From Gemmatimonadota bacterium (GTDB taxonomy: Bacteria > Gemmatimonadota > Gemmatimonadetes > Gemmatimonadales > GWC2-71-9): 64,000 nucleotides of DNA. Each line of letters opens with the position of its first letter. Within the stretch, counting starts at the first letter, position 1. Positions 58,638-64,000 of the stretch are shown here, piece by piece. The notes under the pieces were generated by a model. It had not been told where the DNA came from. It did no database searches and saw nothing but the letters and a program-made list of their open reading frames with translations. The position numbers and the translations under genes were made by a program. The DNA lies in the NCBI GenBank assembly GCA_029863245.1, contig JAOTVV010000002.1, forward strand, positions 192,242-256,241, given 5' to 3'.

Positions 58638-59966
58638 TTACGCGCCGGCGCCGCCGTCCAGCGGCTCGACGACGTGGCGATAGCTCTCGGTCCGAATGAT
58701 GCGCACCGGCGTGCCCTTGGACACGAAGCCGACGTCAGAGACCACGTCGAGCCGCTCGGCCCCCACCCTGATGGTACCGGCCGGTCGCAGATCGGTGATG
58801 GCGACACCCTGGTGTCCCACGAGGTCCTCACGGAGGGAGCCGGCAATGTCGCCGGCCGCCCTCGACGTCGCCGCCTGGAGGAAGATCCCCCGGGTCCCGC
58901 GACGGGCCGGCAGCTGCCGCACGAGGAGATACACAGCAGCCACGATGATGAGCGCAGCGGCAAACAGCACCCCGCTGGCCCGCGTCACGTCGGCCCAGGT
59001 CGGCAGGTTCCCGATGAGGGCGAGGAACACCGACGACCCGATGCAGAGCATGGCGATCACGCCGGCAATCCCGAATCCCGGCACGACGAACACCTCGATG
59101 CCCAGGGCGATCAGTCCGGCGCCGAGCAGGATCAACTCCTCCCAGCCGGCGAGCCCGACGATCAGATGGCTGCCGAAAAACGCGGCGAGCGAAGCCACGC
59201 CCACCGCGCCGGCGATGCCGAACGACGGCGTCTTGATCTCGATCAAGATGCCCAACGTGCCGATAGAGAGCAGCAGCGGCGCCACGAACGGATTGGACAG
59301 GAAGCGCACCAGCTGCTCGGCCCAGTTGATCCCGACGGTGACCACCTCAGCTCCCGCGAGCCCGAGCCGATCCAGCAGTCCGTCGAGGTTCTCCACCTCG
59401 GCAGCAGCCAACCCCAGATCGACCGCCTCCAGTGCCGTGAGCGTGAGCAGTTTCCCTTCGGCGATAACGCCCGGGATGGCCACTTCTTCGTCCACCATCG
59501 CTTCCGCGATCCGAGGATCGAGTCCACGGCGCTCGGCGAGCGCACGCATCTCACTCCGCATCGCGCTCACAATCTTCTCCGGTGCCTTCTCGCCCGCCCC
59601 TGTGACGGGTGTCGCCGCCCCGATGGACGACGCCGGGACCATGTAGATGGAATCGGTGGCGAGCGCGATGATCGCCCCCGCGCTCCACGCATGCGTGTTC
59701 ACCAACGTGTAGATGGGAACCGTGCTCTCCGTTGCGGACTTGACGATCTGCTGCGCCGCGTCGATCCGGCCGCCGGGCGTATCGATGTCGAGAATGACCG
59801 CCGCCGCCCCTGCTTCGGCCGCCTCCGCAATGCCGCGAGCCACGTACGGGGCCAGCCCCAACTCGATCACGCCCGTCACCGGTATTCGGTACACAACGCC
59901 CTGCGCACCGGCCACGGCCGGAGCGGCGACGAGCAACGCGAGCATTGCGATAGACCTGCGGTTCAC
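58638..59966 (-). CDS. nfeD: NfeD family membrane-bound ClpP-class serine protease
   Basis: ORF 58638..59996. Start placed at the GTG at 59966 (GGGGGA upstream). ILDIDTPGGRIDAA...AWSAGAIIALA, 4-5 TM, and a C-terminal OB-fold (G.A.TDLRP.G...V.G...DVVS.G.F...G..V....). Confidence 0.88.
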   Translation of the reverse strand: MNRRSIAMLALLVAAPAVAGAQGVVYRIPVTGVIELGLAPYVARGIAEAAEAGAAAVILDIDTPGGRIDAAQQIVKSATESTVPIYTLVNTHAWSAGAIIALATDSIYMVPASSIGAATPVTGAGEKAPEKIVSAMRSEMRALAERRGLDPRIAEAMVDEEVAIPGVIAEGKLLTLTALEAVDLGLAAAEVENLDGLLDRLGLAGAEVVTVGINWAEQLVRFLSNPFVAPLLLSIGTLGILIEIKTPSFGIAGAVGVASLAAFFGSHLIVGLAGWEELILLGAGLIALGIEVFVVPGFGIAGVIAMLCIGSSVFLALIGNLPTWADVTRASGVLFAAALIIVAAVYLLVRQLPARRGTRGIFLQAATSRAAGDIAGSLREDLVGHQGVAITDLRPAGTIRVGAERLDVVSDVGFVSKGTPVRIIRTESYRHVVEPLDGGAGA

Positions 59967-60094
59967 GATGTCCCCCAGGGTGGGTCCACTCTTCAAGTTA
60001 GGAGACAGCGCAGGGTTGCGGTAGCTCGGCGTGATCGGGATGGCTGGTCGAGCGAGCTGATCGTGTGACGTCGACCGGAGGAGCGCAGTATTGA

Positions 60095-60200
60095 AAGGTA
60101 GAAAAGACGCTGCGGCTGCTGAGCCCGGGCTTGCGTGGTCCCGCTCGTCCCCTCCCGACGAGGTTCCTTGTCTGGCGACAAGACGCTCAGCAGACCGCAG
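60095..60200 (-). other. candidate structured RNA element (three-way junction + U-tract) in the nfeD leader
   Basis: Minus strand: P1 CTGCGGtCTGCTGAGC (60200-60185) pairs with GCTCAGCAGCCGCAG (60124-60110). It encloses hairpins CTTGTC-gcca-GACAAG and CTCGTC-N7-GACGAG, and is followed by CGTCTTTTCTACCTTTC. Confidence 0.3.
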
Positions 60201-60219
60201 TGTTTGCTACCCCTCCAAG

Positions 60220-60235
60220 TGAAAGTTGCGTGCCA
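60220..60235 (-). promoter_or_regulatory. sigma54-like promoter (-24/-12) upstream of nfeD-floA
   Basis: Minus strand reads TGGCACG-caac-TTTCA versus the consensus TGGCACG-N4-TTGCW: 11/12 match with exact spacing. The single mismatch is the normally conserved -13 G. Confidence 0.35.
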
Positions 60236-60349
60236 CCGTTTCAGCAGACCCAAGTTGTTATTTGACAACGACTTGAGTTGACATGACGATCCGCCACACG
60301 CCGCATTTTGCCCTGTGTCTGGTACGTCGAGTCTCCGGAAGAGGACAGA

Positions 60350-61666
60350 TCAATGCACACCCTCGCCCGTGCCGGGTCTCGGGCCGCGAAGTGCCTGACC
60401 GCTCCCGCAGCGATCGCACCCGGTACAGCCGCGCACCGTCTCGCCGAGGTATCTGAGGAGCACGCGACGACGGCACCCGCGGGTGGTGAGGTACCGGCGC
60501 ATGGCGGCAAGGCCGAGCCGCCTCGCCTCGCCCAGGCGCCTCGCGGCCGGCTCGCCGACGTCGAGGCCCGCCAGCTTCGATGCAAGGGTGAGGTCACCGT
60601 TCGTCCACAGCACCTCGCATCGGGACGGTAACCCGTCTCGGCCGGCGCGGCCCGCTTCCTGGAAATACGACTCTGGCCGAGGCGGCACGCCGAGGTGGAG
60701 CACCAGTCGCACGTCCGGCTTGTCGATCCCCATGCCGAACGCGCTCGTCGCCACCATGACCCGGCAGCGCCCATCCAGGAACCGCGCGAGCAGCTCGCGT
60801 CGAGCGCGGCCTGGGAGGCCGGCGTGATAGGGAAGCGCCGAAAGCCCCCATTGTCGCAGCACGGTGGCCACGCCGTCGGTCCGGTCGTGCGTGGGGACGT
60901 ACACGATGGCCGTCCCGTTCACGTGGACGAGCAGCGACGCCGCCTCCCGCACCCGGTCCCGCTCGCGCCGGAACCGGCGTGCTGCCAGGAACAGATTCGG
61001 GCGATCGTGGGAACGGACCACGCGCACCGGCGTGCGGAGTCCGAGCACCCGTAGGATGTCTTGCCGGGTCGCGGGCGTCGCCGTTCCGGTCACGGCGATG
61101 GTGCGCGGTTCCCCGAGGAGGCGACGATACCGACCGATGGCCCGGTAGTGCGGCCTGAAGTCGTGGCCCCACTCGCTGATGCAGTGCGCCTCGTCCACCG
61201 CCAGGAGCGCGATCCGGAGCTGCGCCACGTCCGCGGACAGGGACGGCAGGCGCTCCGGCGCCACGTACAGGAGCCGCACTCTTCCCTCGATGACGGCGTC
61301 CCTCACGGCGTGCCGGCGTCGCGGCGTTTGCGTGCTGCTCAGGTAGGCAGCGGGTACGTCTCGCTGCCGCAACGCGCGCACTTGATCCTGCATGAGGGAG
61401 ATCAGCGGCGACACTACCAGGGTGAGCCCCGGCAAGAGCAGGCCAGGCACCTGATAACAGATCGACTTCCCGCCCCCGGTAGGAAGCACCGCCAGGCAAT
61501 CTCGGCCCTGGAGCGCGGCGAGCACCGCCTTCCGCTGGTAGTAGCGAAAATCGGCGTAGCCCCAATAGCGGCGGAGCACCTCGTGGGCGTCGGCGAGGGT
61601 CGGGATGCTCATCGCCGCCGCGGGACGCACAGGGAGCGCGGAATGCAGCGGAGGAGGAGCGGACAC
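60350..61666 (-). CDS. recQ: RecQ-family ATP-dependent DNA helicase (short form: helicase core + Zn-binding subdomain, no RQC-WH/HRDC)
   Basis: 438 aa: F..YQ......L.GRD.L.V.PTGGGKS.CYQ.P, DEAHCISEWGHDFRP.Y, ATATP, and C-terminal CRR..LL.YLGE....C.GCD.C. An alternative ATG lies at 61612. Confidence 0.88.
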   Translation of the reverse strand: MSAPPPLHSALPVRPAAAMSIPTLADAHEVLRRYWGYADFRYYQRKAVLAALQGRDCLAVLPTGGGKSICYQVPGLLLPGLTLVVSPLISLMQDQVRALRQRDVPAAYLSSTQTPRRRHAVRDAVIEGRVRLLYVAPERLPSLSADVAQLRIALLAVDEAHCISEWGHDFRPHYRAIGRYRRLLGEPRTIAVTGTATPATRQDILRVLGLRTPVRVVRSHDRPNLFLAARRFRRERDRVREAASLLVHVNGTAIVYVPTHDRTDGVATVLRQWGLSALPYHAGLPGRARRELLARFLDGRCRVMVATSAFGMGIDKPDVRLVLHLGVPPRPESYFQEAGRAGRDGLPSRCEVLWTNGDLTLASKLAGLDVGEPAARRLGEARRLGLAAMRRYLTTRGCRRRVLLRYLGETVRGCTGCDRCGSGQALRGPRPGTGEGVH

Positions 61667-61880
61667 GCAAGATCAGCATGATCGGAGGTTGTGGAGGAGA
61701 ATGGGGCGCCACCCCGGCGGAACGAGACTCTAAATCACTACGTGATTGGGCGAAAATGCGCCTCAGCCGTCGTCCGAGACTCCGCGCGCGCGTGTGACGG
61801 TGTAAGGAAACACGTCCTGCGCGTCGTCGCCGAGATTCGGGAAGAACAGATACCGTTCCAGCCGGCCCTTGGAGCGTGCC

Positions 61881-62216
61881 GCACGCCGCCAGGAGCGACG
61901 CGAACCTGACATGAAGCGCGCCACTCGACGCCTCGAGCGAGCCATTCGAAGCTTGAATCGCGCCATTCCGAGCTTCGAGTGAGGCGCTCGAACCCTGGCG
62001 CCCGTCGTCTGGAAGCTCGGATGAACCGTTCCAAGCTTCGATCGGTCCGTTCGAAGTCCCGGACCGCGCTTCGGAAGTTTCGCGTGAGCCGGACCACGCT
62101 TCGAGCGACGCGGTCGACGCTTGAAATGAGGCAGGCGAAGCTTGGAGCGGGTCGTTCGAAGCGTGAAATGCGGCATTCCAAGCTTCGAGTGAGGCGCTCG
62201 AAACGGGCCCTCGGGG
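61881..62216. repeat. degenerate 21-nt tandem repeat array (~14-16 units) with palindromic AAGCTT-centred cores
   Basis: Minus-strand unit consensus is GSC TCR CTC GAA GCT TSG AAY. AAGCTT occurs at 61949, 62033, 62138 and 62180 (spacings 84, 105 and 42, all multiples of 21). The 28-mer at 61965-61992 recurs at 62175-62202 with 1 mismatch, 210 nt away. Confidence 0.75.
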
Positions 62217-62368
62217 GCCGAACCTCAGCGCCGGCTGGGACTTACGGCCGCGGCTACTCATGAATGGCCGCCGCGAGGAGGAAGCGCGCCCACACGCGCC
62301 CGCAAGAGTCGCTGCACCGCCGTAATCCGAGTCTTCTGTCAGGTTTGACACTGAGCGCAAAGGAGAAG

Positions 62369-62397
62369 CCCCGAACGCCGCGTGACGCTCGGGGCTG
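62369..62397. repeat. 29-bp direct repeat, copy 1 (hairpin)
   Basis: CCCCGAACGCCGCGTGACGCTCGGGGCTG, identical to 62840-62868. Forms the stem AGCCCCGA/TCGGGGCT. On the minus strand it is followed by CTTCTCCTTTG. Confidence 0.85.
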
Positions 62398-62406
62398 CTG
62401 AAGGTC

Positions 62407-62736
62407 GTGTTGAAGGATTGGCTGCTACCCAGCGCACCCAAAGTCAGCCATCACCGCTTGTGCAAGATCGATGAGTTGTGGTGGTGGTGCGAGGAGTGGG
62501 TTCGACCGTTTCAGGAGTACACGCGCATTGCGTTGTTCAACGTGACGGGATTACAGCCGCACAAATCGGAGCAGTGGCGCGTCCTACGCTGTCAGGATTG
62601 CGGGCACCTGGAGTGGTTCGTGGTGGGATTGTTGGAGAATAAGCGGCCCCGTCACACCGAGGCGGGGCCGCTGCGTCGGGGGCTCTCCTTATGGATGCTA
62701 TTATGGAGCCTCGTCCTGACGCACTGGCCAAGGTAG
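62407..62736 (+). CDS. hypothetical Trp/Cys-rich small protein with hydrophobic tail (low-GC cassette)
   Basis: 109 aa, GTG/TTG start. GC3 about 80% although the local GC is about 56%. CKIDELWWWCEEW...LRCQDCGHLEWF, with C-terminal LSLWMLLWSLVLTHW. An internal 9-bp-stem hairpin lies at 62641-62672. Confidence 0.4.
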   Translation: MLKDWLLPSAPKVSHHRLCKIDELWWWCEEWVRPFQEYTRIALFNVTGLQPHKSEQWRVLRCQDCGHLEWFVVGLLENKRPRHTEAGPLRRGLSLWMLLWSLVLTHWPR

Positions 62737-62839
62737 GACATACCGTCAGCCGGTGCAAGCGGGACCAGAACGCTCTGTCTATCGCGGCGGTGCTCGCTAC
62801 CCCGTGAACAACAACAACCCGGCGCGGGGCACGAGAAAA

Positions 62840-62868
62840 CCCCGAACGCCGCGTGACGCTCGGGGCTG
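62840..62868. repeat. 29-bp direct repeat, copy 2 = intrinsic terminator of the alpha/beta-hydrolase gene
   Basis: Same 29-mer as 62369-62397. On the minus strand the hairpin is followed by TTTTCTCGTG, 55 nt after the stop at 62923. Confidence 0.8.
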
Positions 62869-62922
62869 GCCAGGGCAGCCGGTTTGTCCGGCTAGACGCT
62901 TGGGCCGATCAGGGAGATCACC

Positions 62923-64000
62923 TCAGTATTGCCACCTCCAAGGGATACCGACCCGCTCCACGGGTGGCCGGCCGGTCGGGTCCTTCTCTGCCGTGGCGGT
63001 TAGAGTCTTCTGCGCCTTGGATGTGGCCTTGCCCGGTTGGTGCATGTGATAAGTGAACACGTCAGGCCATTCTTCGTCGATCGAGTGCGGATTCCGCTTT
63101 TCGGTTACAAAGACCTCGATGTCCGGTTCACGTGTAATTGCCTGTCCCGGGGTAAGGATGTTCTGTTGGTGCGTCAGCATTGCGAGCATGTACTTGGTGA
63201 CGAGGCGATGTATCTCATACGAAGGGATGAGATCGGGTCCGCATATGAGGTCCAGGTAGAAGGCCACCAAGTCGTCATCGATGATCCCATGATCGCGCAA
63301 CACCTGAACGCTCTCGCAGATGTTGGCGAAAGACAGATGGATGGACCTGTTCACGTCTACACGGTAGCTGGGATGTCCTAGAAACGCCGCATGTTGCCGA
63401 GCTTGCCAGCTCCCTGCCGTGCTCCATTCCTGCCCCATGCCCATCGCCGGAACCTTCACTCGGGCCAGCTCCTGGAAGTGAAGCAGTTGGTTCGAGCCGT
63501 CCAGCGGAATGATCATCTTGATGCGGGCGTCCGGGAAGCTCGGTGCACAGGTCCAGGATGGGATCGGCTCGAAAATTGGGTCAATGAGATCACACACCAA
63601 GTCGTCGCCAGCCGCCAGGACCATCGACGCGTACCCCCCGAGAGACCACCCGGAAGCGACGATCATGCTCTGGTCAATGACTCCGCTGAGTAGGTCCAGC
63701 GCGACCACTGCGTCCAGTGCTGCGGATACGTCCCTCGGACGGTTGAAGCTGGCGACCGCCAGATGATCGAATGGCTCGTTGGGGTTGGCAGTCGTGCCAT
63801 CGCCAAAGTGAGTCACCACAGCAACGACGAACCCGTGCTGGGCAAGGCTCGTGCCCACATACGTGTGGTCGTAAGCCGCTGCTCCCCATCCGGGCGAGAA
63901 CATCACCAGGGGGAACGCACCGTTCGAGGCCGGCGTAGGCTCTTGGTAGGCCCCGTAGAGGCCGTACAGCTCAAAGTCGCCGGATGTTGCGACCGGGAGA
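62923..64000 (-). CDS. alpha/beta hydrolase (PAF-acetylhydrolase / lipase-like), N-terminus beyond the right edge
   Basis: Track ORF 62923..63906, but the frame stays open to 64000 (...GDFELYGLYGAYQEPTPASNGAFPLVMFSPGWG...). Nucleophile elbow GWSLGG. Gene GC is about 52-55%. Confidence 0.75.
   Translation of the reverse strand, partial: LPVATSGDFELYGLYGAYQEPTPASNGAFPLVMFSPGWGAAAYDHTYVGTSLAQHGFVVAVVTHFGDGTTANPNEPFDHLAVASFNRPRDVSAALDAVVALDLLSGVIDQSMIVASGWSLGGYASMVLAAGDDLVCDLIDPIFEPIPSWTCAPSFPDARIKMIIPLDGSNQLLHFQELARVKVPAMGMGQEWSTAGSWQARQHAAFLGHPSYRVDVNRSIHLSFANICESVQVLRDHGIIDDDLVAFYLDLICGPDLIPSYEIHRLVTKYMLAMLTHQQNILTPGQAITREPDIEVFVTEKRNPHSIDEEWPDVFTYHMHQPGKATSKAQKTLTATAEKDPTGRPPVERVGIPWRWQY

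Noticed and set aside
61881-62216. CRISPR array or integron attC series as an explanation for the 21-nt repeats
   Set aside because: The units are contiguous with no spacers. There are no cas or intI genes, and no RYYYAAC/GTTRRRY cores.
60594-62441. 615-aa minus-strand ORF in the track, spanning the repeat array and running through recQ
   Set aside because: Two thirds of it is an alternative frame of the well-supported recQ gene. It is Arg/Pro/Ala/Ser-rich low complexity, typical of off-frame high-GC DNA, and the GC3 in the repeat part is low. It is only interesting because it reveals the 7-codon periodicity of the array.
62400-62840. tmRNA or other housekeeping ncRNA between the two terminator copies (minus-strand ...CTCGCACCACCACCA and a TTCGA-containing stretch caught my eye)
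   Set aside because: I found no tRNA-like acceptor/T-arm pairing, no 5' GGGGCUG partner and no Ala-rich tag reading frame. The plus-strand ORF has coding-like GC3, which explains the region better.

Overview
This is a 64-kb bacterial chromosomal segment of about 66-68% GC. GroEL similarity, a CIRCE-controlled groESL and many 4-nt gene overlaps suggest a Gemmatimonadota-like organism, but that taxonomic call is inference only. I can support about 75 protein-coding genes, one tRNA-Leu(CAA), several hairpin terminators and a few promoter/operator sites. There is no rRNA, CRISPR array, transposase or integrase. Layout: 0-30 kb is mostly housekeeping genes on the minus strand (groESL, mdh, moaDE, carA-secG-tpiA-pgk-gap, radA-dnaB-udg-coaBC-rpoZ-gmk-yicC, pepA), plus a secreted amidohydrolase pair. 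30-40 kb is the least conserved part of the high-GC region: Cys/Trp-rich hypotheticals, MscS, a lipoprotein-TPR operon, a sigma54 activator with a degenerate receiver, HD-GYP, tRNA-Leu, and an ECF sigma/anti-sigma/LTXXQ operon. 40-51 kb is a tightly overlapped plus-strand TetR-headed paa-like (phenylacetyl-CoA epoxidase plus beta-oxidation) supraoperon with an unusual gene order and a split PaaD. 51-60 kb holds rplU-rpmA, rng, an acyl-CoA dehydrogenase and nfeD-floA. 60-64 kb holds a short RecQ followed by a drop to about 55% GC. The most unusual items are: (i) a 336-nt array of degenerate 21-nt tandem units with palindromic AAGCTT cores, (ii) a low-GC cassette bounded by 29-bp direct copies of a terminator hairpin, (iii) a sigma54-like promoter followed by a three-way-junction RNA upstream of nfeD-floA, (iv) the rearranged, PaaE-less paa cluster, and (v) a reading-frame conflict behind the HD-GYP gene that hides a Cys-rich small ORF. 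All family calls come from my own reading of the translations. No database search was run.
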